From assembly GCA_964019335.1 (NCBI GenBank), contig OZ025678.1, forward strand, positions 62,001 through 126,000: 64,000 nt of DNA. Direction: 5' to 3'. The translations under genes and the position numbers were made by a program. Below the pieces are notes generated by a model. That model saw only the letters and a list, made by a program, of their open reading frames with translations. It was not told the DNA's origin and searched no databases. The stretch comes from Diplonema japonicum (Eukaryota; Protista; Euglenozoa: Diplonemea). Positions 24,225-36,336 of this stretch are shown piece by piece (the stretch's first letter is position 1; each line of letters opens with the position of its first letter).

Positions 24225-25049
24225 ATGCAAAATGGAATCCGGCATTTAAGAGCGATTAAAATCTGGTACCGACCCGACGTGCCCGTGCACGACCAGTGGC
24301 ACGGAGGGATGAGGGATTGGGTGGAGAACTGGTTGCCGGAGTTCGAGAGGAAAAACCCCGACGTGAAGGTGGACGTGGTGACACTGACGGACCCCATGGA
24401 GATGACCGGCGACGTGGTATGTCAAAAAAAAAAAAAAAAAAAAAAAAAATACAGAAATTCCCCCGGATGTCGGGGTACTACCTCAACGGAACTGCGATGA
24501 CATACGCTTGTAAAAAATTCGACGTAGAAGCCATCAACATGATGGTGCACGAGATGCGGAACACGTGTAACGACTGCGAACCACGGCCGCATCAACACGC
24601 AGTTATAGAAACACACACCGAGTCCATCCAAGGCAGGTGGACCCCCTACCTGTGGATGAGTGACACCACAGTCCCTGAGGAGGTGGATCACGAAGACGTG
24701 TGGAAAAAGGACATCAAAGATATTGCAAAATACGTGAGATTGAAGAAAGAACACAGAGAAGCGGAGTTCGAGAAGCAAAATTACGTCAACGTCGACACCA
24801 GGCGGAAGATGGAAACAAGGTGGGCAGAGCAGGTCTTCCCGTATACAGTTGGTGCTGAAACCACAGCGGTACCGGGCCGTCTTTTCTTAGAAGAGACGAA
24901 AACGTTGTTTCCTGAATCGGGCCAAACCCCTGGAGCATCTAGACTTGAACACGGAGGTGGGGGTTTCATGGGTGGGTTCACCCGCCCTTACTCTAAATCA
25001 GAACTCTCAACACTGTCGAACCACTTGAAAGATGACGATGTATGGAGGG

Positions 25050-25089
<40 letters not shown>

Positions 25090-25343
25090 AGTACGGTGCC
25101 TCAACCACGCAAGCTGGTGGTACGATCCCGCCTTTTGCTGGTGCGCCCTTTTCCGAAGGTTACGACAAGTACGAAAATTTCTGGAAAAATTGGGATCTTT
25201 TCAACCACACCTCCTCCACCTACCGGCCCCCTCTCACTTCTTTACCCAACGCAAAACTCGCAAAGCACAGAGCAATGGTCAATGATTCGCTCAAGAGGCA
25301 GATGCGAAACGATAGGCAGCACCGCCAAGACAATGAATCATGA
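24225..25343 (+). CDS. MRPL43: Mitochondrial ribosomal protein mL43-like (L51/S25/CI-B8 domain) with long C-terminal extension; introns 24417-24454, 25040-25091
   Basis: GMRDWVENWLPEFERKNPDV...FPRMSGYYLNG...TESIQGRWTP; both introns are needed to keep the frame. Confidence 0.8.
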
Positions 25344-25472
25344 GGGTCCGGTTCATAATCTCAGTGTTTCTTTTTTTTTTTTTTTTTTTTTTTGTTTCTT
25401 CTTCCTTGCACCCCCCAAAAAAAAGAAGAAGAAGTGGAAATTACAACACACACAACAAATAAAAAAAGAGAG

Positions 25473-25719
25473 ATGTCGACTTCATTCACACCCGGATCCA
25501 TCTTCGCTGAGGAGCAGCAGAGGGAGGAGGACTTGTGTCAGATGTCCCTTGATGACCACAGGGAGTATGGTGAAGAATAACAAGGAGAAGGGAAAAAAAA
25601 AAAAAAAAAAAAAAAACAGGAGACTCCGCACTGAAGCCGTTGAATTCGCAAACTCTGTGAGCCCACAGAGACAGGACAGGTACGGGTCCATGCCTCCTTC
25701 CCAGAGCCCTGGTTACTGA
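25473..25719 (+). CDS. Small (63 aa) hypothetical protein; intron 25565-25619
   Basis: MSTSFTPGSIFAEEQQREEDLCQMSLDDHRE|RLRTEAVEFANSVSPQRQDRYGSMPPSQSPGY* after removing GTATGG...(A)nCAG. Confidence 0.6.
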
Positions 25720-25993
25720 TCTAAAAAAAAAAAAAACTTGCCCTCTTGAACCCCCCTTCCCCCCCACACTGCCTTCATTTTTTTGGACATTTTTCTTATA
25801 AGTCCATTGAAGCCTGAAGAGATTGTTTGTACGTACCCCCTTTACCTTACCTTACCTTACCTAAACACCCCTCCCCACTTTTTTTTTTTCTTCCTTCTCT
25901 CTGGTTTTTGACAGACGTTGCTTTATTTTTTCATTAAAAAAAATATATATTACAACACCACCGCGGAAAAAGGGAAGAAAATAAAAATAAAAA

Positions 25994-27122
25994 ATGGCAA
26001 TGTCGTCTGAGCCCAAAATGGACAATTTCAGTTATTGTCTGATTCCGTGCAGCTCGGAAAAGGCCGTGGAAGAGATGGTGTTCAAGGGAAAGACCGACAA
26101 GGAGCTGAGGGACGGTGTGGCGGCACACTTCACGAAGAGCACGTTCACAGCCGGTCAACAGGAAGAGTTCACGGAGAAAATGGGCGAGCAGATCAAAGAA
26201 AACGCAAAGAAACACTCAGTCGGTGACAACCAGGCAGACGCGGGCACGACTAACAAAGTCACCGACGACGTCCTAAAACAAGCCATGATGTCCCAAACCA
26301 GCGCAGAGATCGTCCCCGTCATCTACCCCGACTCCACCAACAGCTACAAAGGGATCTCCCTCTACATCGACTCGGTGGGAAGGTTCAAAGAGCTTCCTTT
26401 GAACGAACGTGCCTCCAAAATGGCCCAGAGAGACATACGTGGCGACGCGTTTGTGATATCGTCTTATGACGATCCCATTCAGGATGACTGGGCACGGATT
26501 TCCTGTACAAAGAAGCAAATTGAAGGTTACATTGCAACGCCTCCTGTTAAGGCGGCGGACCCAACAGCTAAGGCATCGTCAATGGGTGCTGCCGAGACAA
26601 AAGAAGTTACGCTTGAGAATATGTGTAAGGCAAAATCGTTGAAGGAAACTGGAAACGCGTGTTTCAAAAAGGAAGATTATGAATCGGCGGAGCAAAAATA
26701 CGACGAGGGTGTGACGGAGCTGCAGGGCCGTGCGCTGCCGGGGAAAATCGACGCCGCGGAACTGACTTCTTTGACAACAACCCTGATTTTAAACAGAGCG
26801 CAGGCAAGGTTGAAACTCAACAAGCTCAAGGAAGCTGAGCTTGACTGCACCGCCGTCATCACCTCCGAACCCACCCTGCTCAAAGCATGGTACCGCCGTG
26901 CCACTGCACGCAAGGCCATGCACGAGTACGACCTTTCTCTCAGCGATTTAAAGAAAGCGCTTGAGATTCAACCCGGCGACGCCGCCGTTACAAAATTGAT
27001 CTCTCAGGTATAAGAAAGAAAAAAAAAAAATATTAATAATAAATAATAATAAAAAGGTCGAAGCGGAGAAAATTAAACAGGAGAAATCCGAGAAAGCTGT
27101 ATACAAGAAGATGTTCGCATGA
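25994..27122 (+). CDS. TPR-domain protein (Hsp90 co-chaperone-type TPR); intron 27008-27056
   Basis: LKETGNACFK, LNRAQARLKL, KAWYRRA TPR clamp; spliced terminal exon ends EKAVYKKMFA*, like FKBP/Cyp40 tails. Confidence 0.82.
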
Positions 27123-27275
27123 AGTAGTAGGGTAAAAAAAAAAGGGGGGAGGGGGGAAGGGGGGACATCATATTTCATTCTTCTTTTTCTAGCGCACTCC
27201 CTTTTTTTTTTTTATTTATTTTTTTTTTCCCCCTTCAAAAAAAAATTTTTTTTTCCCCAGGGCTCCCCATATGCA

Positions 27276-28244
27276 ATGGTGGCACTCAACGAAACAGACC
27301 ACCTGGGTGAGAGTGGTGTAAAGGGATTAAAGATAAAAAACGCTGCTGTAACGTCGGCGGTAGTATCCTACGGAAGCGGTGAGAGCGACACAAACAAGTG
27401 CGTCGTGGGTTTTGTTCTGGAATCAGTGATAAAAGACGCGTCCGGTGAAGAGACTAAGTGGAAGGTTTGCAAAAGGTACAGCCAGTACAGAAAGCTGATG
27501 AAAACAGTGAAGCACCACTTCGGGGGGGAGATGAAATTCCCGGGCAGACACCTATTCAAGGCCACAAACAGATCTAAAAAGATGATAGAAGACAGGAGAA
27601 AGGATTTGAACCTATTCATTTCAGCGTCGATTCTAAAGTGCAAATCAAACCGAAAATTGTTACGTGAATTGGTGAAGTTCATCTCCCCTTCCGGGTCCGA
27701 CATTAATGTAAGTTGTAAATGCGGTGAAACTCTGCCAGGGCAGCCGGGGAAGTTTATACACAGCCTATGGACTTCGCCTGACTGCAGCCTCATGAATAAT
27801 AATCTTATAATAAAAATACCATGGGCAGTTTCATATCCTGCTTTAAACAATCTGGTGGTGAAGAGCCATCGTAATGGGCAAGTGTCAAAAATACGCTGTG
27901 AGACATTTACCTCTCTGCTGAAATGGGTCGCCGGTCTTGGTGACGTCGTTCCCACTAACAAGGAAGCGCTTGGTTTTTTAAAATCCCGAAAAAAACCGCA
28001 AGCATCAGATCGGCCTCGAAGTGTGAGGGCAGGCTGCCCGTCTGGAGGTGCTATCTTGACAGATACCACACCCTTTGTCTATGCACTGCCATGTGGGGCG
28101 CAATTTACTATCACACTGGAACAGGACGAAGGAGAAGGTGCCGCACCGCTCAAGGAAAAGAAACCAGACCTTGCCCCCCATAATCTTGCTGGTGACAACA
28201 CCGTTCTGTCCGTAGATGCTGTCCGATCGTCGAAACGAGATTAA
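27276..28244 (+). CDS. PX-domain protein
   Basis: WKVCKRYSQYRKL...KFPGRHLF...IEDRRKDLNLFI. Confidence 0.75.
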   Translation: MVALNETDHLGESGVKGLKIKNAAVTSAVVSYGSGESDTNKCVVGFVLESVIKDASGEETKWKVCKRYSQYRKLMKTVKHHFGGEMKFPGRHLFKATNRSKKMIEDRRKDLNLFISASILKCKSNRKLLRELVKFISPSGSDINVSCKCGETLPGQPGKFIHSLWTSPDCSLMNNNLIIKIPWAVSYPALNNLVVKSHRNGQVSKIRCETFTSLLKWVAGLGDVVPTNKEALGFLKSRKKPQASDRPRSVRAGCPSGGAILTDTTPFVYALPCGAQFTITLEQDEGEGAAPLKEKKPDLAPHNLAGDNTVLSVDAVRSSKRD

Positions 28245-28286
28245 TGTTGTGGTCATGGGTTGTTGGTGAAACAGTACTTTTCAGTC

Positions 28287-28330
<44 letters not shown>

Positions 28331-29531
28331 CCCCGACATGAGACAGGCAAATTCTCCAAGTTCCCGAACAAGAAAATATATTTCTTTTTTTTTTTTTTTT
28401 TTTTTTTAAATCCGTTCTTTCTCTGTTTAAAATCATTGAGGAACCCACCCTCCCCCCTCCTTTTTTTTTTTTACCTCTTGGCATATGAGAGTGGCTAGAA
28501 AGAAATCGTTTTTTTTTTTTCCGTGTGATGCAAGAGGGGAAAAAAAAGGGGGGGGATCCTTTCATACCCCCATGTCATGTAAGGAGGAGAAATACAACAA
28601 GAAAAGAAAGAGAAAAAAATCGTGTTTCTTATGTGACGGGGCGCTGATCCTTTTTTTTATGTTTTGTTGTCCTATTTTTCCCTTCTTATTTCTTTAAATT
28701 TGTTCTATAGTCGGGGGGGGGGGGGGGGGGGGGCACCGTTTCTTCTCCCTCCTCAATTTCTCACAAATTTATCTCAATTTTTTTTCTTTTTGCTGGGGAA
28801 AAAAAAAAGGCTCTTTCCCTTCCCATTTCCCTGCTGTCCCCCTTTTTTTTTTCTTGCACCAATGGTAAAAAAACAAAAGAAAACACCGTCAGTTCCTATG
28901 GGTGTTTGTTTTTCTTCTCCCCCCCCCCTTTTTTTCTCACCCCGGTAACCTTTTTTAAAAAAAAAGTCACTGAGGGGACGGCTGTCATCGGAGGGAGGGG
29001 GACATCATCCAGCACTTTGTATTAACAATGGTATATTGGTCCAATACCCAATTAGACTATTCCACTGCACAAACGAGAAAGAGTCAGAATGGTTCTTTTT
29101 TTTCTTCTTCTTCTTCTCTCCTTCTTCTTTTCGCCTTAGACATATAATGCACACTTTGAGTACTTTCCAGAATAGGCTTTTGCTTACATTGACGTGCTGA
29201 AACTCGGCTTAAAATGTGTGTGGTATGCTGGGCCCCTCCCTCCATCCAAGAAAAAATTTCTCATGTATTTTTTTTTTTTTTTGGGAGGGGTAAAAAAAAA
29301 AAAGAACTACCAAAGAACATTTCCCCCTCTCCCCCTTCCGTTTTTTTTTTTTTTGTATTTTTTTTCCCCTACCAACATCTGTTTCAGTACGGTATTTTCC
29401 CCCTCCCCCCTCTTTTTTTTTTTATCCATCGTATCATTCATCAAAAAGGAGGGAGGGGGGAGGAGGGGGAGAGAGGAGAGTTCCAATAATAAGAACGGGC
29501 TACACAAACACACCTTAATAATAATAACAAA

Positions 29532-32064
29532 ATGTCTTATCGGGAGTTGAAATCGTTTGCCGAAATAATGCGGATGCTGGGGTACCCTCGGCCTATCAGC
29601 TTAGAGAGCTTCAGACTGCCCAACTTTGAACTAGTTGCCGACTGCACGCTGTGGCTTGTTACGCAATTCGAACCTTCAATAGAAATCGATGATAATATAG
29701 CAACAGCCCAGAGGCGGGTGGCCTTCCTGAAGGACGCCTGCGCCATATGCCTCAACAAGGCCAACGTGAAACTCAACATGAAACGCCTCTACGCGGCTGA
29801 CGGGAACGCAGTCCGAGAGTTGCTTAAGATGGCCTCCTTGCTGCACAGAGCCATCACTCTGCACGACGCACCCGACGACGAGGATGAGGTCTGAATTTTT
29901 TTTCTTTTTTTTTCCGATTTAAACACAGACCCATGACACCATCCGCCCTGGTGACCCGCAAGATACCCGAAAAACAGCAAGCGAGCTTACTGAAGAGGGG
30001 TACAAGGTATATATTTTTTTTTTTTTAACCAAAGAAGCGTCCCCCTGGCACCAGAAGGTGACGGCACCGAAGAAGTCGAAGAGAGCATAAGCCAAGTCCC
30101 AACAACGACAGTACCACGCACAAGGGTTCAGGTGCGACCTGTGTGAATCACCGTACCCGGACACGGTAACCCTACTCCGCCATCAACTCTACGAGTGCGC
30201 CTGCGCACAGGAAGAGCTAGCACAGGACGGCTTGGAACCACTGCGCAACAGGACAGGATGGCCCCTGTGTCTGGAATTGCACGCGATTCTGCCGAGAGGA
30301 CATGACTTTGCGTACCTAGAGAAGCTGCAACGATACTTAGCCGTGGTGGTTGAGAAACGAGACGTGGAGCTCATGCAGAAGGAGGATGTCAACACACAGC
30401 CGCTACCGTGGATACGAAATGTGGTAGGTAAGAGATGCCCCGTTCCGATAGCTGGTGAGCTCGAAGGAGTGGGTGGGGTCCTGTCCCAGTACCTAAACCC
30501 GCTGCTACAATGGTTGTCACAACTGCGCTGGGTGGAGAAGGACACCACCTCGGAGGTGTCGGCGGAACTGGCCATTGACTTCGAATGGACGACCGGAAAG
30601 TCTTTGGGAGGCCTGCTGGAAGGTAGGGCGCGCAGAATCAAAGCTCTCATCGTAAAGATAAACACAGCATGCAGGGCACGGAAGAAGCGACGCCCCTTCC
30701 CAGCGGACGAGAGAAAAAGAGTGAAATCCCTCATCGCCATTGGAGGAAAGGCGGCTATTGGTTTCTCCAGGAGGCCTATTTTCGCCACCCGCTCCACGCA
30801 CGACAAGCTAATGGAATTGAAAGCCGACTACAAGCGGGACCGCATCACACGACTCCGCAAGACGCTCACGACTTCAATCGGAATGAAAGCAATGCTCCAG
30901 AAGGGGAGTATTAACAGATAGACCCCCCCCCTCCCTTGGGCGGCCCTCTAGCGGGGGGCTTGTCCTGTACTTTGAGTTTTTTTTTTTGAAAAATAAAAAA
31001 AAAAAAAGTTACACGAATTATTGGAAGCGGAGTTGAAAAACAGAGATCTGAGGAATAAAATAGTAGCACGTCCTCCGGAGGTATTTTTTTTTTTCAAATT
31101 CAAAAAAATAAAAAAACTTTCTCCTAATTTTATTCCAGATGAGCGAAATCGAACGCGCCCTCAACATGACGCTCGAGGCCGTGAGGGAGCAGGTGACGCA
31201 GCTGACAAAGGCGTGTACCTCCCTGGCAGCGGATGAGGCTTCTCTGGAGTCGAAGATCGAGAACAAAGCGGCGCAGCTGGAGAGGAACCAAAAACGACTC
31301 TCCTCGTTGATGAGCGTCCGGCCCGCCTTCATGGACGAGTACGACGCAATGGAAGCAGAACTGCACAAGCAGTACAAGCAGTACTTGGAACAGTTCAGAA
31401 ACCTGGGCTACCTGGAGTACGAGCTTGCTAAATACAACAAAAAAGAAGACATTCTCGTGGAAGAACAAGAACACCGCCTCCACGCCATGCGGGAAAAACT
31501 AAGAAAAGAAGAGTTAGAGGTACTACGCGGTCAACGTGCTCCCGAGGACTCAATTCTAGACATGAAACGCGATAGAGAACTGGAGGCACAGCTGGAGAAC
31601 GAAGAGGCAGGAAGGGTGGTCAGAGCTGAACAACAACAGGACGGGGTTCTCAATGGGACAGTGGTTGAAGAACGAAAGAGAGGAACCTCTGCAAGAGGTA
31701 CAAAGAGACAACGCCCTGAATCTGGAAGACCACAAGTAAAACCCCGCAACGCGCAAGCCATGGGCAACATGTATGGGGGTAATGAAAGTGATGACAGTGA
31801 TGAGAGTGGTATGAAAAAAAAAAAAGAAAAAAAAAAAAAAAAGACGAAACGTCCTCTGACGGTGCGCTATCCCTAAACGACGGTACTGATAGTGATGATG
31901 ACGATGAAACAGATTCGGGAGATGATGATGACAGCGATGATGACGACGATGAGACTGACGATGATGATGACGACGATGAGACAGACGAAGACGAAGATGA
32001 TGATGATGATGACGATGATGAGACAGACGACGATGATGACGACGACGATGACAGTGATATGTAG
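29532..32064 (+). CDS. CLUAP1: Clusterin-associated protein 1 / IFT38 (qilin); introns 29889-29928, 30007-31008, 31081-31138, 31809-31843
   Basis: MSYRELKSFAEIMRMLGYPRPISLESFRLPNFELVA, LYAADG.AVRELLK, VRPAFMDEY, acidic tail; all five exons join in frame. Confidence 0.93.
30027..30987 (+). mobile_element. 5'-truncated LINE-like retroelement (copy 1) inside CLUAP1 intron 2
   Basis: Zn-knuckle RCDLCESPYPDT...HQLYEC and WPLCLELHAILP; one in-frame TAA; 3' ~420 nt nearly identical to 45156-45565; T-runs on both sides. Confidence 0.8.
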
Positions 32065-32370
32065 GGGGTGAAGGAAGGACAAAGCCTGTAAAGGCCGTTC
32101 TATTCTTTTTTTTTTTTAAGCCATAGATTTTTTTTTTTTTTTTGCTTTGTGAAAAGTTTTTTTTTTCAAAAGAAAAGAAGAAAAAAGAAAGGACGGAAGG
32201 AGGGTTTAAAAAAAAAAGAAATTGTTTTGTTATTTTATAACCTTTTTTTTTTATTTCTGTTTTTTTTTTTTTTTTATTTCTGCTAACTTTTATTCCACCC
32301 GGGAAAAACAAAAAAAAAAATCAATACATCACAGGAAGGAGGGTGTGGGAATTTTGACACCCCCGAAAAA

Positions 32371-33639
32371 ATGTTCAATTGGATATTGGGAGGAAATGCG
32401 AACACCGCGGTGAGGCAAAAATCGAAAGAAAACCAGATAACAGAAGTAACGTCCGCGTTCATGGGGACTATAAGACAGGAGGTATTTTTTCCCTCCCCCC
32501 TCCCCCCACACACACATCAACAACTAATCACAGAACAGCTTGGAAGTCCCGTTCAGCCTTAACGGAGTAGGCGGGGTATCGCTACTGGTAACGTGGGGCC
32601 CAGGGTTCCCAGGGGTCTGCCCGGATTTCCTGTTCAAAGGTTTGAATTCAAAAAAAAAAAAAAAAAAAAAAAAAAACCAGGCAAAGGCGTAATGCAGCAC
32701 CCCATCATAGGCACGAATGGGATCATCACCAAGAACCTCCCATGCCTCGCACAATGGGGGAAGTCGAGCGATATGTTCAGCGTGATTAGAATAATCATCG
32801 ACGACCTCCGGACGAGGCACCCTGTTGTGTACTTCAATGGGGAGACTCCTGTATTGATCCAAAAGGGCATCGGGGAGACATTGGGGTGCACCTTTGTCGA
32901 CTCCAACCGCGTCTTGAAGTCGGTGGCCCCGAACAGCGTCGCGGATAGGTCAGGGATGGCAAAATTTATAGGAAGAGTCTGTTCAAAGGTCAACAATCTT
33001 CCTGTAGCCAGAACGGAGCAAATCGTCGAGCGCGGGAGGGACCCTTACATCGTGTTCTCCTTTTTGGGAGAGGACAGAGCAAATGTACCTGTGCCTACCC
33101 CCCAGCCGCAACAACAACAACAACAACAACAACCTCCTGCGGAATTGTATACTGCTCCAGCTGTCCCTTCTTCATTTGGGTTGGAGGTCAAAAACTGCAC
33201 GGAGCTGCAGCAGATGTCAACGGATGAGGTTGCCCTCCAAAAACACTTTCTCAGCCTGCCCTTCGTGAAGAAGTGTGAGGAGGTGACCCTGCAGCAAAAA
33301 TCAGAAGGGTGCCAAGTAGAATCAGAGTTCATGCATGTCAACCAAACGCTTCTGCGCTCCGTCGCCAAACGCGACTCTTTGAGATCTAAAAAAGCGGTTC
33401 TTGAAAAAGATATGACAGAGGCAAACGCACTGGCAGCAGACATAGCTGCAAAAACTTCGAAACCTGCTATGTTGGCCCTACTCAATGAGAAGCTTGCTGA
33501 AACAGAACGCGAGTCTGAAATCTTGGAAGATGCGATGAAGGCAGGCGACGCTTCAAAGCAAGACCAGTACAGAAAGCTCAGAATGGAATACCACCTCACC
33601 AACGAGAAAAAAAAATCGCTGGTTTCCATGGAGGGGTGA
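32371..33639 (+). CDS. VPS37: VPS37A-like ESCRT-I subunit (UEV + PDZ-like insert + Mod(r) C-terminus); introns 32482-32533, 32640-32680
   Basis: Spliced UEV-like LLVTWGPGFPGVCP...HPIIGTNGII...LAQW; C-terminal ERESEILED...YRKLRMEYH..EK. Confidence 0.7.
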
Positions 33640-34479
33640 ATGAAGACCGGGCTGGGGGGATTTTTTTTTTTCGCTCTATTTTTTTTTTTAAATCGAATAG
33701 TAGTGTTTCTTTGTTTCTTAGAACTAAGGTTGAGGTTTTTTTTTGGGGGGGGGAGGGCAGAAAGATGGCCCTTTCCCCCTTCTTTTCCCCCAGGTAGGGG
33801 GGGAAAAATAAACTCAATCCTTTGTTTCTTATGATCTCTTCAAAATCGTCCCCTTGCATCCGTCTTTCTTTTTTTTTTTGTTTTTTTTTTGTTTTTTAGG
33901 ACGAACCGGAAAAAAAAAAAGAAGAAATGAAAACAGAATATTATAGTAATTATCGAGATTATCGAGAAGAAGAAAAAGAATGTTGAGTAGATGTTATGCT
34001 GTTTGTCTAGAAGTTTTAACTGGTTGGCCATTTGACTTTCTATGGGGGAGGAAAAAAATTAATTGCCGCACAAGGGTTGAAGTCTTTGTATTTTTTTTTC
34101 TTATCAGCAACTCGTGTTTTACAGTCGGGTAGAAAATCTTTTAAAAACCCCCCCACTCGTTTCGTTCACATTAAACAAAGAAGCCTCACTTGCCATATTT
34201 TATTCTTTACCCCTCCATTTGTTCCCTACCCTTTTCACAAAGAGGTCTGTCCTCGAGTGAAGTGGCCTTTTGAGTTTTTTTTTTTTTGTTCTTTTTCAAA
34301 TACGTGTCTGTCTACATTCGCTCTCTCATTATTCCAATTTTTTTTTTTTATATTTCGTCTTAATTTGTTGCTGCGTTACTGAAGCCCTTATAAGGTGGTC
34401 GGGGGAGGTGGGGAGGGGGGGAGGGTGAGAGTGTAAAAAAAAAAAAAAAAAGAAAAAAAAAATACTCAAAACTCGAAAT

Positions 34480-35184
34480 ATGAGACATGTATCGCAAGAC
34501 AATGCCCCCACTCCGCGCTGCAACATCCCAATCCCCGTGAGTCGGAAAGCAGGCCAAGGAGACACCCAGGTGATGCGACTCGTTGGGGAGCTATACAAAG
34601 CGAGAAGCACGAATATTATGATAAAAAAAGAACTGAAGGCCGCTCAGGAACACACCGCAGCTTTACAAGCCGGGTTGAGAAAACTCCCTAGGAGTGCGGG
34701 GGCCACGGGAGAAAGAGAAAGAGAAAGAGAAAAGGAAAAAGAACCAACAAGGGGTAAAAGCCTCGACCCCGTGTACAGACGAGTCTACCCGCGGTCACCA
34801 CGATGTGTACCGCGACAAAATTACTACAATAAAGAACGTGACAGGGAAAGGTACCGGGAAACTGAGCTTAATCGTAGCAGACAGCCCGTTTTGGTAAGGC
34901 AGCATTCCTACACTGAGCGGTTACCCCAACGGAGAAGCTTCCACCACAGGAGAGCTGAGCAGAACCCTCATCATCTGCGGAAAGATACGTTCGATGAGCT
35001 ACGGGGAGACTGGGAGACGGGCAGCGAAGCTGAGATGGCACGAACACGTCTCCGAACTTGGTTCGATCCTTCAGAACACCGCCCCAGCTCTCCCTCACCC
35101 AGCGACCCCCCTCCTGTCCTCCCTGTGGGTACCTCATGGTGCGACCTGCCTTACTCCGGAGATGGTGATTCACACGGGTCATAG
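34480..35184 (+). CDS. Hypothetical protein (short coiled coil, Arg-rich)
   Basis: 234-aa ORF on the common strand. Confidence 0.55.
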   Translation: MRHVSQDNAPTPRCNIPIPVSRKAGQGDTQVMRLVGELYKARSTNIMIKKELKAAQEHTAALQAGLRKLPRSAGATGEREREREKEKEPTRGKSLDPVYRRVYPRSPRCVPRQNYYNKERDRERYRETELNRSRQPVLVRQHSYTERLPQRRSFHHRRAEQNPHHLRKDTFDELRGDWETGSEAEMARTRLRTWFDPSEHRPSSPSPSDPPPVLPVGTSWCDLPYSGDGDSHGS

Positions 35185-35546
35185 TAATTTTTTTTTTTTT
35201 TTGTAACTAGAGTTTCCATTTTTTTTTTATTTTTTTTATATATATATCCCCTCCCCCACTCCCTCCATCTTTTAAGTTCCGATTTTTTTTTTATTTTTTT
35301 TTTTGTTAAATAAGAAACATTTAAGAGAAAAAAAAAAAGATATTCCTTCATATCCCCCACCACCCACCCATCCTTTGGTTTTGTTTTTCTATTTTGTATC
35401 TCATATTCTTTTTTTTTTTTGTCGTCCGTCGTCATGTCATGTCTTTCTGTCAACTGCCGTTGTCTATGACCATTTTGTAAAAATAAATAACTCTGATTTT
35501 TACAACAAATACAACTTATAGAACACGGAGGGGGAGGGTATAGAGA

Positions 35547-36242
35547 ATGCTGGCACGGCATGGGAGATCCCTGCGGCGGTGCCACCAGATTACGAACGAA
35601 GCGTTGATGGAAGAGGTACGAAGGGTGATGGAAAGAGGAGGCGAACCAGCGAGAAACCTGCAACAGGCAACACGAGGAAGCAGGACAGCGATGAACCATG
35701 AAGAAGAGTTCAAACAAATGGACCTCGACAGAGACGGTCTCGTGTCCCCGAACGAGTATGCAGCATGGAGGAACAGCAGGTCTACGTGGATTAACGGAAT
35801 ACCCAAAGCGAAGAAGAAGGTGGAAGAAGCCATAGTTGACGGGGCTGAGTCCACTGTGAGCGCAACACAGCTCTACAGGCTCGCAATGTTGATAGGTGTG
35901 CCTATGGTTGGGTTTGGTTTTGTCGACAATTTTCTGATGATTACATTTGGAGACGTCATCGAGTCCTCCATAGGAGTCACCATGGCCCTCTCCACTATGG
36001 CCGCTGCAGGGCTTGGCAACCTTTGCTCTGATGTAGCCGGTCTTGGGCTGTCCAAAGCCATTGAAGACTCTGCTGCAAGAATCGGTTTGAAACCCCCGAA
36101 CCTCACTGCAGCGCAGTCCGCAACCCTTCAGGTCCGGCTTGTCTCTCTCGGTGCCTCGGTCCTCGGGGTGAGCATCGGGTGCATCCTTGGAATGGTCCCG
36201 CTGTTGTTCAAACCCGATAAACCTAAAAAAAAGGACGCGTAA
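35547..36242 (+). CDS. TMEM65: TMEM65-family membrane protein with an EF-hand
   Basis: PMVGFGFVDNFLMI.FGD.IE, STMAAAGLGNL.SDVAG, IGCILGMVPL; EF-hand DLDRDGLVSPNE. Confidence 0.9.
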   Translation: MLARHGRSLRRCHQITNEALMEEVRRVMERGGEPARNLQQATRGSRTAMNHEEEFKQMDLDRDGLVSPNEYAAWRNSRSTWINGIPKAKKKVEEAIVDGAESTVSATQLYRLAMLIGVPMVGFGFVDNFLMITFGDVIESSIGVTMALSTMAAAGLGNLCSDVAGLGLSKAIEDSAARIGLKPPNLTAAQSATLQVRLVSLGASVLGVSIGCILGMVPLLFKPDKPKKKDA

Positions 36243-36336
36243 CAAAGCTGGAAGCTTATTCCTTTTTTTCTTCTATTCTTTTTTTTTTTAAGTACCATCC
36301 ACCACGACACTATGGTCAAGGGAATAGAAGACCAGC

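Noticed and set aside
30965-30973. CTGTACTTT at the retroelement end resembles part of the euglenozoan spliced leader
   Set aside because: Only 9 nt; the rest of the SL exon and its donor are absent
31880-32060. GAT/GAC trinucleotide repeat
   Set aside because: Explained as the acidic last exon of CLUAP1
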